Positions 19,584 through 28,519 of a stretch of 32,000 bases of DNA are shown piece by piece. The notes beneath the pieces are model-generated. The model worked only from the letters and a program-made list of their open reading frames with translations. It had not been told where the DNA came from and made no database searches. The position numbers were made by a program, and so were the translations under genes. The DNA comes from Xylella taiwanensis (lineage in GTDB: Bacteria > Pseudomonadota > Gammaproteobacteria > Xanthomonadales > Xanthomonadaceae): contig NZ_CP053627.1 of assembly GCF_013177435.1 (NCBI RefSeq), positions 2,040,001 through 2,072,000 of the forward strand, in the 5' to 3' direction. Each line of letters starts with the position of its first letter. Within the stretch, counting starts at the first letter, position 1.

Positions 19584-20623
19584 TAGAACGAGAAATCACG
19601 TTCGCTGCGACGTAAATCCGCTTCCATCATCATGCAGCACAGATCCTCAAGTGTGGTCCTTGGTTCCCAACCCAGCTTTGTCTTGGCTTTGACAGGATTT
19701 CCGATCAACAAATCCACCTCCGCCGGTCGATAAAATTTAGGATTGACGATGATCAAAGTCTTTCCAGAAGCGACGTCAACACCACATTCCTGTTCAGCCT
19801 GTCCCTTCCACTCCAACTCGATACCGACAGCACTTGCAGCTAGGCTGACAAAATCACGCACACTTTTAGTTCGATTGGTTGCCAACACAAAAGTATCTGG
19901 CTCATCGGCTTGAAGCATGCGCCACATACCCTCAACGTATTCCTTCGCAAAACCCCAATCACGTTTGGCGTCTAAATTACCAAGCTCCAATACATCCAAC
20001 TTCCCTAATTTAATCCTGGCAATCGCATGAGTGATCTTACGAGTCACGAAGTCACGCGCACGTAGCGGCGATTCGTGATTGAACAAAATACCACTGGCAG
20101 CAAAAATGCCATACGACTCACGATAATTGACCGTCATCCAATGAGCATACAGCTTAGCGATACCGTATGGGCTACGCGGATAGAACGGCGTTTCCTCGGC
20201 CTGTGGAGTCTGCTGCACTTTGCCGAACATCTCCGAAGTCGATGCCTGATAGAAACGAATCTTAGGATTGACAATCCGGATCGCTTCAAGAAGATTAACC
20301 GCACCCACGCCAGTAATATCAGTAGTTGTCAATGGCTGGTCGAAAGAGACACCAACGAAGCTCTGTGCTGCAAGATTGTAGATCTCGTCAGGAGCGGCCA
20401 ATTGCAACAGTCGGATGCTAGAAGAGAGATCGGTCAAATCATATTCGACAAGATGCAAGTTAGGATGCTGTGCAATCCCAAGTTCATGAATACGCCAGAA
20501 ATTCACCGAGCTAGAACGGCGATACGTACCATAGACCACATAACCCATTTCGAGGAGCAACTGCGCTAGATAAGCACCATCTTGTCCTGTAATACCCGTA
20601 ATAACCGCGCTTTTATTACTCAT
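19583..20623 (-). CDS. gmd: GDP-mannose 4,6-dehydratase
   Basis: '[27 protein letters not shown]', 'QASTSEMFG', '[12 protein letters not shown]', '[10 protein letters not shown]' and '[13 protein letters not shown]' are canonical Gmd blocks. Confidence 0.95.
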   Translation of the reverse strand: MSNKSAVITGITGQDGAYLAQLLLEMGYVVYGTYRRSSSVNFWRIHELGIAQHPNLHLVEYDLTDLSSSIRLLQLAAPDEIYNLAAQSFVGVSFDQPLTTTDITGVGAVNLLEAIRIVNPKIRFYQASTSEMFGKVQQTPQAEETPFYPRSPYGIAKLYAHWMTVNYRESYGIFAASGILFNHESPLRARDFVTRKITHAIARIKLGKLDVLELGNLDAKRDWGFAKEYVEGMWRMLQADEPDTFVLATNRTKSVRDFVSLAASAVGIELEWKGQAEQECGVDVASGKTLIIVNPKFYRPAEVDLLIGNPVKAKTKLGWEPRTTLEDLCCMMMEADLRRSERDFSF

Positions 20624-20714
20624 TAGTGTTTTTTCAAAACATGATTGAAAAGGAAATCCATGTCGACCATCCAGGACTAACTTACCGCAAAAAAGAGATT
20701 ATAGTCACATTGAA

Positions 20715-23258
20715 TCACATACCCATCCCCTCTTTGACGAAATGCTGGTGTGCAACAAAGCTTTGGGCATCTTCAAACAACACAACAGCCAAATCAGTCG
20801 CACTCTCCCGCCAAGTCAGCCAGGACATTACATCACTACGCGGATGACGCTGCTCCCGATACAACCCGATCCAAGCCAGAATCGCATCACGTGCATCCTC
20901 GGGAGCCGTTCCTGAAAAATAAGCCGCATATTCACCTGCCACTTCCCGGAAGACGGGAATATCACGTGCAATCACCGGTAGCTGACGCTGTGCCGCTTCG
21001 ATCAATGGTAATCCAAACCCCTCTCCTTCAGATGCAGCAATCAAGCAACTGCATGCAGAATATAGTCGTTCCAACGATTCATCACTGGCACCCACCAACC
21101 AGAACAAACGGCGATTCAACTCCGAATGACACTCCAATTGCTTGCATAATTTGTCTACCAACCATCCGACCTTACCGACAATTACAAGCGTCACCTCGTG
21201 GTTTGCAGCCCACAATTGCTCAAAGGCACGAAGAATCTGGGCGTAGCCCTTACGCGGCTCTAAGGTGCCGACCATAAGAAAACTAACTCGGCCATTCAAT
21301 TGATCAAGCACGCTTTGCTCATGCTCCAATACACCCTGGCTTGGCAAGCTACTCTGGATATCAGCTCCGAGATGGAACCAACGTACATCCGGTCGTATCT
21401 GCAACTCCTGTTCGTCCATCCACGCAAGTACATCGTCAGCAGTCGCACGGGAGATGCAAAGCAACGCATCAGAAATACCCACCACACCCCGTAACCAACG
21501 CTCATGATGACATCCACCATGACCTGGCCACCAATGGGGATTACGCACCGGCAGGAGGTCGTAAACCAAGAATGCGATCCGGACACCAGCATTGCGGAAG
21601 TACTGGAACCAATTTGGCAACAACACGATACAGTCGCCCACTAAATCAAGCCCAAGAAAGACATCCCCGGAATGACAAACAAGCGGCGTGTCCTCAACCA
21701 CCGTGCGTGTGTTGGTGAACTCAGCAGCATAGACGTTGGCGCACACATAGGTGCGGGATTCGCGATCCATTCTCACCAATTGGATGACATAACCGTCAGG
21801 TGGTTGGCGGTGCCATTCCGAAACAATCGCACGAGTGACACGTTGAATGCCTGTTCTGGAATCAAGCAACGCCAGTTCGGTAACATCGATCATAATCTTA
21901 GGAACTGGAGGAGGTACCGATCGGTCAATTGCATCGGCCAAAGCAAGCAAATCCGGACTGCTTTCACCACTTAGTTCAACCAGACGATGTTCAAGCGAAC
22001 GTAACAGCACATCGTGCTCTGGAATGTCCGGACACACGGCACACTTGCCCACCTGTTCGCACACTTCAAGAAAACGGAGTGCAACTGTATCCCAAGAGAA
22101 TTCCCCGGCACGTCCAAAGCAATACCTGCGCAGTTTCTCCAGATCAGCATCGTGATCGAGAAAATGTGCCATATGGTCACGGATAGAATCCACGTCTAAT
22201 GGATCAAACAGCGCATCTGAGTAATGGACAATCTCAGAGATGCTGGAGACATTCGAAGCAAGTACTGCAGCACCGCAGGACATCGCTTCTAGTACTGGAA
22301 GACCAAATCCCTCATGCCAGGATGGAAAGACGAAGAAGCGGCAAAGATTGTAGAGCGCAACCAAATCATGGTCGGAAATATAACCTGTAAAAACGACCTC
22401 TCCTGATTTCAGACCAGCCGTAGCAGCACGCTCGAGCAGATCTTTCACACACTGATCAGGCATTCGCCCAGCAAGTACCAATCTACATCGCAGGCGCTGA
22501 TAGTACTCCAGACGGGCGTAGGCATCGATAAGACGTTGCAAATTCTTACGCTCGTCGGAACCCCCAGAATAAAGGATAAAATGGCTATCAAGCCCAAACT
22601 TCTCCAGAACCATGTGCAGCGCAGGGGAATTGGGCGGCATTGATACGAACATTGGATCGCACGCTGCGGAGATATTGAACACCCGCTTGGCATCGTAGCG
22701 CATCACGTTAACAGCCTCAGCACAGGCGCTCTCTGAAATCGCCACCAATGCATCAGCGCAACGCATCTGAGTGAGCTTGCGTTCGTAGTGCTTACGATAA
22801 ATAGGCACCGGATCCAAGTAGATATTGCTGTTAATCCACGGGATCATGTCGTAGAACGTCACCACGGTTGGTATCTGGACGAACTGTCCAATGCTGGTGA
22901 CTGCATTGTCTCCGTAACCCTCGAACATACTCGACACATGCACCACATCAGGAGCCAATGCGGCAATAGCCGCCTCTCTGATTTGCTCAGCATGAGCAAT
23001 CATGCTTGCATTCGCCTCGTCCATCTCTTTGACTGGCAAAGGGACGTGAAAAACGTGGATATTGGCCTGTGGCAGCAGTCCCTCAAAAGCCTGTCGGATC
23101 ACCGGGACTTCTTCTGCAAAAGCACCATTAAGCATCAGATGAATATCGTGACCACGATTATTGCGCACTACAGCCATAGCTAACGACAAACTGTAACGGC
23201 CAATGCCACGATAGCGGCTTTCAGATTGCGCACCCTGCAGATCGATGACAATACGCAT
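20715..23258 (-). CDS. Bifunctional (double GT4 domain) glycosyltransferase, WbdA/WbpX-like polymerising mannosyl/rhamnosyltransferase candidate
   Basis: About 847 aa. It has two GT-B/GT4 modules, each opening with 'I(V)IDL/IDVT...GIxRY/GIQRV' and each carrying an EX7E-type motif ('PSWHEGFGLPVLEAMSCG' and 'ASEGEGFGLPLIEAAQRQ'). The ATG at 23258 lies 3 nt after the upstream stop (TGA-TTG-ATG), with a GGAGAA RBS. Confidence 0.88.
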   Translation of the reverse strand: MRIVIDLQGAQSESRYRGIGRYSLSLAMAVVRNNRGHDIHLMLNGAFAEEVPVIRQAFEGLLPQANIHVFHVPLPVKEMDEANASMIAHAEQIREAAIAALAPDVVHVSSMFEGYGDNAVTSIGQFVQIPTVVTFYDMIPWINSNIYLDPVPIYRKHYERKLTQMRCADALVAISESACAEAVNVMRYDAKRVFNISAACDPMFVSMPPNSPALHMVLEKFGLDSHFILYSGGSDERKNLQRLIDAYARLEYYQRLRCRLVLAGRMPDQCVKDLLERAATAGLKSGEVVFTGYISDHDLVALYNLCRFFVFPSWHEGFGLPVLEAMSCGAAVLASNVSSISEIVHYSDALFDPLDVDSIRDHMAHFLDHDADLEKLRRYCFGRAGEFSWDTVALRFLEVCEQVGKCAVCPDIPEHDVLLRSLEHRLVELSGESSPDLLALADAIDRSVPPPVPKIMIDVTELALLDSRTGIQRVTRAIVSEWHRQPPDGYVIQLVRMDRESRTYVCANVYAAEFTNTRTVVEDTPLVCHSGDVFLGLDLVGDCIVLLPNWFQYFRNAGVRIAFLVYDLLPVRNPHWWPGHGGCHHERWLRGVVGISDALLCISRATADDVLAWMDEQELQIRPDVRWFHLGADIQSSLPSQGVLEHEQSVLDQLNGRVSFLMVGTLEPRKGYAQILRAFEQLWAANHEVTLVIVGKVGWLVDKLCKQLECHSELNRRLFWLVGASDESLERLYSACSCLIAASEGEGFGLPLIEAAQRQLPVIARDIPVFREVAGEYAAYFSGTAPEDARDAILAWIGLYREQRHPRSDVMSWLTWRESATDLAVVLFEDAQSFVAHQHFVKEGMGM

Positions 23259-23261
23259 CAA

Positions 23262-24644
23262 TCATTCTCCCTTATTTATCTGACCTATCATGCGTGCGTA
23301 AATCGCCCGTCCACGACTTGACAATAAACGCTTGCCCTGGTGTTCATCGCATTCTAAAAAACGCGACGTTTGGTCCAGCGCCTGCGGCACAGATACCGGT
23401 ACATCCGCACTATCAAGTGCACGTACCACCAAACCTTCCCGTTCAGCCAGTGAACGCAAGCGTCTATGTAATACAGGCACACGCTTTACCACACCATTTA
23501 ATAACGCACGTATGGACGAATGGTGTAGCAACGGACGCATTGTCAGGATGAGACATTGACGCATCACATGCCTGGGCGAACAACACAGCAATCTGGCCAT
23601 CCTAGAAAAAGCCCGCAGCGGACGAGTCACACGCCAAGAATGGCTACGATGGATGTCATCCAACATGGTATGCAGCGCATCGACCTCTGTAATAAGATGC
23701 TCCGATTTCGCACAATGCGCCTCAATGACCTGCTGCAAAGCGGCTTTGGATGCCTTTAGCACACCGACTTCCATGTAGGCCGCAACCGCATTCTCACGAT
23801 GCATTTCAATGACCTGCCGCAACACGGCCTCGGATGCCTTCAATGCATCAACTTCTGCACGCATCGCAACCGCATCGGAGTGACTTGTTGCTAGCATCTT
23901 CTGGCAATCGTCACGGTATCCCTCAAACTGACGCCGCGCCACTACGCACCAATCGCTTTCCAAAGCAAACCCAAAGCCATCAAAAACATTAGGCGGACAC
24001 GAAAACGCAGCGATCAACTCCGGATGGCGTTCACTCACGTAGAATCGATTTAAACCATCGAAGTAAGCGAACATGTAACCTTTGTCCAAGACATCACCCT
24101 CCCACTGCACATGAGTCGGCTCAATCGTCATTGGTCGAGTCGCCTCGATCACCAATATCCAAGGGCGTACTGGCGAAACCACCCAGCTGCGCAGCACCCG
24201 AGCTTCGCTGCCTTCCACATCAATCTTCAACCAATGGACTTCACGCCCAGACAGATGCTCCAACAGCGCATCCAACGTGATGGCCACTACAGTGACGTCA
24301 CGCACCACAAATCCATTGGCCCGATGAGCATCAGCAATATCAGATTCGGCAGTACTCAAACCGCTATCGGCAATATCGAAGAACGGCAATACACCTCGCA
24401 AATCGCTCACTGCAACTTGCAGTACCAGTTCATCTGGCCGACGCATACGCAACGCGTCAGCATACATTTGAAGAGGCTCGATATGTATACCGCGCCAGCC
24501 ACGCTCGTAGAACAATTTGCTAATCGAATGAATATCTGGACTATGCGCTCCAATATCAATATAGCATCCTCGGTCAACATGCTTGAGGGCACGCCAGAGC
24601 ATGATGTCTTCAAAGTTTTGTGCATAAGAAATCAAGTCTGGCAT
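23262..24644 (-). CDS. FkbM-family methyltransferase with C-terminal coiled-coil repeats and a basic tail
   Basis: 460 aa. The N-terminal roughly 230 aa ('YIDIGAH...', 'VHWLKIDVEGSEARVL') fit the FkbM-type methyltransferase pattern (PF05050). Residues 264-334 are 28-residue heptad repeats, followed by 'SWRVTRPLR' and an Arg/Leu-rich tail. It is the first gene of the glycan cluster. Confidence 0.85.
   Translation of the reverse strand: MPDLISYAQNFEDIMLWRALKHVDRGCYIDIGAHSPDIHSISKLFYERGWRGIHIEPLQMYADALRMRRPDELVLQVAVSDLRGVLPFFDIADSGLSTAESDIADAHRANGFVVRDVTVVAITLDALLEHLSGREVHWLKIDVEGSEARVLRSWVVSPVRPWILVIEATRPMTIEPTHVQWEGDVLDKGYMFAYFDGLNRFYVSERHPELIAAFSCPPNVFDGFGFALESDWCVVARRQFEGYRDDCQKMLATSHSDAVAMRAEVDALKASEAVLRQVIEMHRENAVAAYMEVGVLKASKAALQQVIEAHCAKSEHLITEVDALHTMLDDIHRSHSWRVTRPLRAFSRMARLLCCSPRHVMRQCLILTMRPLLHHSSIRALLNGVVKRVPVLHRRLRSLAEREGLVVRALDSADVPVSVPQALDQTSRFLECDEHQGKRLLSSRGRAIYARMIGQINKGE
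23643..23855 (-). repeat. In-frame 84-bp (28-aa) tandem repeat, about 2.5 copies, inside the methyltransferase gene
   Basis: 'EVDALKASEAVLRQVIEMHRENAVAAYM' / 'EVGVLKASKAALQQVIEAHCAKSEHLIT' / 'EVDALHTMLDDIHRS'. At the DNA level, 'tcaatgacctgc' recurs at 23722 and 23806, a period of 84 nt. Confidence 0.85.
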
Positions 24645-24665
24645 TAGTCATTCATCCTAAAAACA

Positions 24666-24694
24666 CTTGTAATTTGGCCAGCGCAAAAGCGCAA
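24666..24694 (-). promoter_or_regulatory. Candidate sigma70 promoter of the glycan cluster
   Basis: On the minus strand, TTGCGC (24694-24689), a 17-nt spacer, then TACAAG (24671-24666). An A/T tract with AACTAAAT repeats lies immediately upstream, and the first ATG is at 24644. Motif match only, with a weak -10. Confidence 0.25.
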
Positions 24695-24911
24695 ATAAAT
24701 AACTAAATAACTAAATAATTTTTTAAAATAAATTTATCCCATTGATATAACTCTTCAACATCTCCGATCAAGTTAATTACTGTCGGACCTGATGAGTAAG
24801 CTGTGCCCAAAAACCCTAGGATTTTACTGATCTCTAGTAAACAAATTGTGTTTCAGTAAAATTAAGGCTTAGCGATCAGCGGTGCCGTCAGAGCTCAAAC
24901 TGATTCAAATG

Positions 24912-26282
24912 TCATTGCACGCGGCGACGTAGGTAATTCAACAAGTCAATGCGTGTAATCAGTCCCAAGAACTGAGCACCGTCCATAACGATGGCAACTT
25001 GGCCACGGTCAAACACGGGTAGCAAGGCCTCGATCGGCGACTTCACATCCAATCGGTCAAGTTTACTGACCATTGCAGTGGAAACAGGATCGCAGAACCG
25101 AGTTTCATCACCATAGACGTGGAGCAGCACATCGCTTTCGTCAACGATACCGACCAGCTGGCTGTCCTCGATCACTGGCAACTGTGAAACATCGTATAGC
25201 TTCATGCGCTGGTAAGCCACAGTCAGCAAGTCCTTGGGATTAGCCACAACCGTATTACGCTGGGTGTACGGACGCAGGATTAGATCGCGCAAATCACCGT
25301 AATGTGGCCTTTCGAGAAAGCCGTTATCCAGCATCCAATCGTCGTTATACATGTTTAATAAGTACTTGTTACCAGTGTCGCAAACGAACACCAGTACACG
25401 CTTTTGCTCAGTCTGCTCACGACAATACTTCAACGCCGCGGCCAATAGGGTACCTGTTGAAGAGCCGCCCAGAATGCCCTCTTTACTCAACAACTCACGT
25501 GCGGTGTGAAAGCTTTCCGCGTCACTGATCGCATAGGCTTTTTTGATCTGGCTGAAGTCGGAAATTGGCGGCAAACAGTCACTCCCAATCCCTTCCACCA
25601 ACCAGTGACCAGACGTGTTACTGAGTGTGCCCTCATTGATGTACCGGGTCAGGATTGAACCAATCGGATCGGCCAAAATTAACTCGATGCCAGACGCAAT
25701 TGAGTCAAATGCTCGCGACAAGCCCGTTACGGTGCCAGCACTATCACAACCCAACACAATCGCATCCAGATGACCACCCATCTGCCTCAGAATCTCAGGG
25801 CCAGTACCGAACTCATGCGCGGCTGGATTATCCGGATTGCCAAACTGATTAATGAAGTAGGCACCTGGTGTCTCGGCAGCTAGCTTGGCAGCCAGATTCT
25901 GGTAGTGCTCCGGATGACCCTTGATGACATCTGAGCGGGTTAACACCACTTCCGCACCCATCGTCTTGAGATTAGAAATCTTTTCTCGGCTCATTTTGTC
26001 CGGTACCACAAGTATCAGGCGATACCCCTTCTGCCGAGCTACAAAAGCCAAACCCAGACTAGTGCTGCCAGCCGTTCCATCAACCAAGGTAACCCCCGGT
26101 TTAATGTGACCGCGCCGCTCAGCCGCTTCGATCATCGACAAGCCGATACGATCCTTGATCGAACCCCCAGGATTAGTATTTTCAAGTTTCAGAAATAAGT
26201 CACAGAGACCAGTGTCAAGGCGCTGCGCCTTGACAATGGGCGTATTACCAATCAATTCAAGTACGGAAGAATGGATGACCAT
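24912..26282 (-). CDS. cbs: Cystathionine beta-synthase (PLP domain plus tandem CBS domains)
   Basis: 456 aa. It has the N-terminal CysK/CBS fold with the PLP-lysine motif 'NPGGSIKDR' and the 'GSSTGT' loop. The C-terminal roughly 130 aa form two CBS-domain repeats ('VSQLPVIEDSQLVGIVDESDVL', 'VAIVMDGAQFLGLITRIDLLNYL'). Confidence 0.92.
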   Translation of the reverse strand: MVIHSSVLELIGNTPIVKAQRLDTGLCDLFLKLENTNPGGSIKDRIGLSMIEAAERRGHIKPGVTLVDGTAGSTSLGLAFVARQKGYRLILVVPDKMSREKISNLKTMGAEVVLTRSDVIKGHPEHYQNLAAKLAAETPGAYFINQFGNPDNPAAHEFGTGPEILRQMGGHLDAIVLGCDSAGTVTGLSRAFDSIASGIELILADPIGSILTRYINEGTLSNTSGHWLVEGIGSDCLPPISDFSQIKKAYAISDAESFHTARELLSKEGILGGSSTGTLLAAALKYCREQTEQKRVLVFVCDTGNKYLLNMYNDDWMLDNGFLERPHYGDLRDLILRPYTQRNTVVANPKDLLTVAYQRMKLYDVSQLPVIEDSQLVGIVDESDVLLHVYGDETRFCDPVSTAMVSKLDRLDVKSPIEALLPVFDRGQVAIVMDGAQFLGLITRIDLLNYLRRRVQ

Positions 26283-26345
26283 GTACTCTCAATCATTGCA
26301 CTTGCAAGGGGATCGCACATTATTCATCGAAGTAGCGAAACACAA

Positions 26346-26395
26346 ACAACGAGCGGCGAGAAAAGCCAAAGGAGAAAGCAATTCACCGCTCGCTG
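26346..26395 (-). terminator. Possible terminator or attenuator hairpin between the DUF465 gene and cbs
   Basis: On the minus strand, CGAGCGG...(29-nt loop)...CCGCTCG followed by TTGTTTGTGTTT. The large loop makes this weak. Confidence 0.3.
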
Positions 26396-26427
26396 CAAGA
26401 TGGTTGGTATTTCACTGGTAAAAGATT

Positions 26428-26646
26428 CTAGTGCGAGCGTTGCTCGTACAACCTTGTGAGTTTAATCTTCGCAAGAAGCTTCTCTCGTTTCATCTTGCTC
26501 AACGCCACATCACCGATAGGGAGAACCCCCAACTCGGCATCCATGCATTTCTTATCGAGCAGCCTGTGGCGCTGATATAATTCTTTAAACTCTGAGTTAG
26601 CCTTGATCAAAGCATCGATTTCTGACTGCGGTTGCCCTTCAAACAT
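26428..26646 (-). CDS. DUF465 (YdcH-like) small protein
   Basis: 72 aa. 'LIKANSEFKELYQRHRLLDKKCMDAE...MKREKLLAKIKLTRL' parallels E. coli YdcH ('...FMSLFDKHNKLDHEI...MKKQKLQLKDEM'). Confidence 0.8.
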   Translation of the reverse strand: MFEGQPQSEIDALIKANSEFKELYQRHRLLDKKCMDAELGVLPIGDVALSKMKREKLLAKIKLTRLYEQRSH

Positions 26647-26974
26647 CGCTTGGACTCCTTCATGCTAGAAAACAAAAACGCCCCAGATCCAGATAAAAAG
26701 AAGCAGAAGGCGTTGCTTGAAAACCAAGAGTAACACGGGTATTCAAGATTGGACCTGTAACAAGAAAAAACCTGAAAGGCGCGCCTGCCTATTGCGATTC
26801 GCACGCTTGCCAAATAGCGGACTTGGCCTCCCGCATTCTGGCAATATCACTGGGCACCTACGAATCAAACGCTACACCTGGTCCGTGGGCAGAGTAATAG
26901 TGCAGTAACGGGACAGCACTGACCGGTGTATTCAGTCAAGAAAGCCCATATACACCTCACCCTGCCCTGCACAT

Positions 26975-27874
26975 TCAGGGCAGCACCATCACTTCAGCCG
27001 CCTTGGTCTTGACGCCACTCTTACCATTACCGCTATTGATTTTGAATCGATTGGCAGATATGCCGGCGGCAACCAAAGCATCAAGTAAGATTTCAGCACG
27101 CTTCTGGCCCGCCGCCGCGTCACTGCCATAACCGACGATCTCCACACCGCCTCTTTTAACGATTTTCAAGTACTGAGCCAACGCCTGAATTTGAGCATGT
27201 GCACTGGCGGAAAGCCTCGTCTTACTACTACCGTAAGCATCCGTGCCCAAAGTAAAAACCTCAATGCGCTCCTCGAAACGTGAAGGCGGCAACTTAGCAC
27301 CGGCAAGTAATTCGGCCTCCTCACGAGCTAACTGCGCAGCTTTCTGCTGAGCAGCGCTGAGCTTTGCCTGCTGCTTGTCAGCGACGCTGCTAAGCGCCTG
27401 CTCAGCATTTTGGCGGGCTATAGCTTCAGCTTCAGCAGTCTGACGCGCACGCTCAGCTTCCTCAGTTTGGATTTGCGACTGGATGCGCAACTGCTCGGCC
27501 TCATGGCGAGCCCGAGCAGCCTCGCGACGGCTTTCCTCAATGAGCAGATCGCTGCGGGTACCCGCTAACTGGTCCAGTTGGCGCCTAAGCAATGCGGCGC
27601 GGGCGGTGGTTTCGGCAATCTCCACACGCCGATCAGCCAAATAAAGCCACTGGTCACGCTCCTTACGCTTGGCATCAACCAACGCCGCCACCGCCTGCTG
27701 TGCCAGCAACTGCTCGTAACGAGTGACATCAGCGATCTCAGAATTAGCACGTAGCGCATTCAAGCGAGCGTTAAACGCGTCAACCTCTGGATCTACCTTG
27801 GCAGCCAACGCTACGACAGGAATCAAGACCAAGACCAGGGCGCAACACAACAACGTCGGTTTGATCAGCATCAT
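26975..27874 (-). CDS. Secreted coiled-coil protein with a divergent OmpA-C-like C-terminal domain
   Basis: 299 aa. It has a signal peptide ('LLCCALVLVLIPVVALAAKV') and a long Ala/Gln/Glu/Arg coiled-coil segment. The C-terminal 'VEIVGYGSDAAAGQKRAEILLDALVAAGISANRF' resembles the OmpA-like peptidoglycan-binding motif. Its ATG overlaps the upstream stop (TAATG), with a GGGGAGG RBS. Confidence 0.7.
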   Translation of the reverse strand: MMLIKPTLLCCALVLVLIPVVALAAKVDPEVDAFNARLNALRANSEIADVTRYEQLLAQQAVAALVDAKRKERDQWLYLADRRVEIAETTARAALLRRQLDQLAGTRSDLLIEESRREAARARHEAEQLRIQSQIQTEEAERARQTAEAEAIARQNAEQALSSVADKQQAKLSAAQQKAAQLAREEAELLAGAKLPPSRFEERIEVFTLGTDAYGSSKTRLSASAHAQIQALAQYLKIVKRGGVEIVGYGSDAAAGQKRAEILLDALVAAGISANRFKINSGNGKSGVKTKAAEVMVLP

Positions 27875-28266
27875 TATTTGGCCTCCCCGGTGCCCAGAGT
27901 ATTCTGAAGTTGCATGACCTCAGCCTTACGTTGTTCAACCTGAGCCTGAAGCATGGCTACTTGACTGCGTGCGGTCGCCAAATCCGCATCCGCGGCTGCA
28001 CGCTGTGCAATCAGTGGCCCCTGTTTACGCTGATCACGATCCAACAGCGCGTGCTGAGCTTGCATCAATAATTGACGTGCTTGATTGATCAGGTTCGGCG
28101 CGTATTGGTCAGCATCCACCTGGGTAGCACGCTGAATCGCCTGCTCAGCAACCTCCAGTTCAGACGAGGTCCCCTGAGCCAGAACTGGCACGGAAAACAC
28201 GAAGACACAGCTAAGAGCAAAGGCCACATATAGGGATCGGCGCATTTGCGCGAAACTAATCATCAT
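27874..28266 (-). CDS. DUF4398-like periplasmic or lipoprotein partner of the OmpA-like protein
   Basis: A signal peptide ('MRRSLYVAFALSCVFVFSVPVLAQG') is followed by a helical domain, 'AEQAIQRATQVDADQYAPNLINQARQLLMQAQHAL', typical of DUF4398. The start is uncertain. ATGs at 28266, 28263 and 28245 are more plausible than the track start at 28344. Confidence 0.7.
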   Translation of the reverse strand: MMISFAQMRRSLYVAFALSCVFVFSVPVLAQGTSSELEVAEQAIQRATQVDADQYAPNLINQARQLLMQAQHALLDRDQRKQGPLIAQRAAADADLATARSQVAMLQAQVEQRKAEVMQLQNTLGTGEAK

Positions 28267-28500
28267 TGGGAAACCATGAGCAAGAGAGCTTAAACCCCAC
28301 ATTGTCGGAAGCCGACAGCACGCTTGCAACGGTGATGTATCCACTTCATAGAAAATTCACTGTTAACAAAAAATCACCTTGGAGCACGCTGCAAAACTGT
28401 CTTAAATGTTTGATCATTGAACATTTTAACTCGCAGATCACGCCACATCTAAAGTCCGTAGTGTCTTAATCCTTACCTTTAAAGTTAAAGAGTCTCAATT

Positions 28501-28519
28501 ACTATTGAAAGTCATTCTC
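28501..28519 (+). promoter_or_regulatory. Candidate Fur box upstream of the TonB-dependent receptor
   Basis: ACTATTGAAAGTCATTCTC matches the Fur consensus GATAATGATAATCATTATC at 13 of 19 positions. It is embedded between the 7-nt inverted arms GTCTCAA (28492-28498) and TTGAGAC (28522-28528). Confidence 0.35.

Noticed and set aside
20630-20650. 7-bp inverted repeat TTTTCAA-N7-TTGAAAA in the 91-bp spacer between the double-GT4 gene and gmd.
   Set aside because: It is an all-A/T weak stem with no adjacent T-run on the transcribed strand. That is insufficient to call a terminator or an operator.
26962-26983. 8-bp hairpin CTGCCCTG-N6-CAGGGCAG overlapping the stop codon of the OmpA-like gene.
   Set aside because: It is not followed by a U-tract on the minus strand. 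It may be a mere stabilising stem and is not callable as a terminator.
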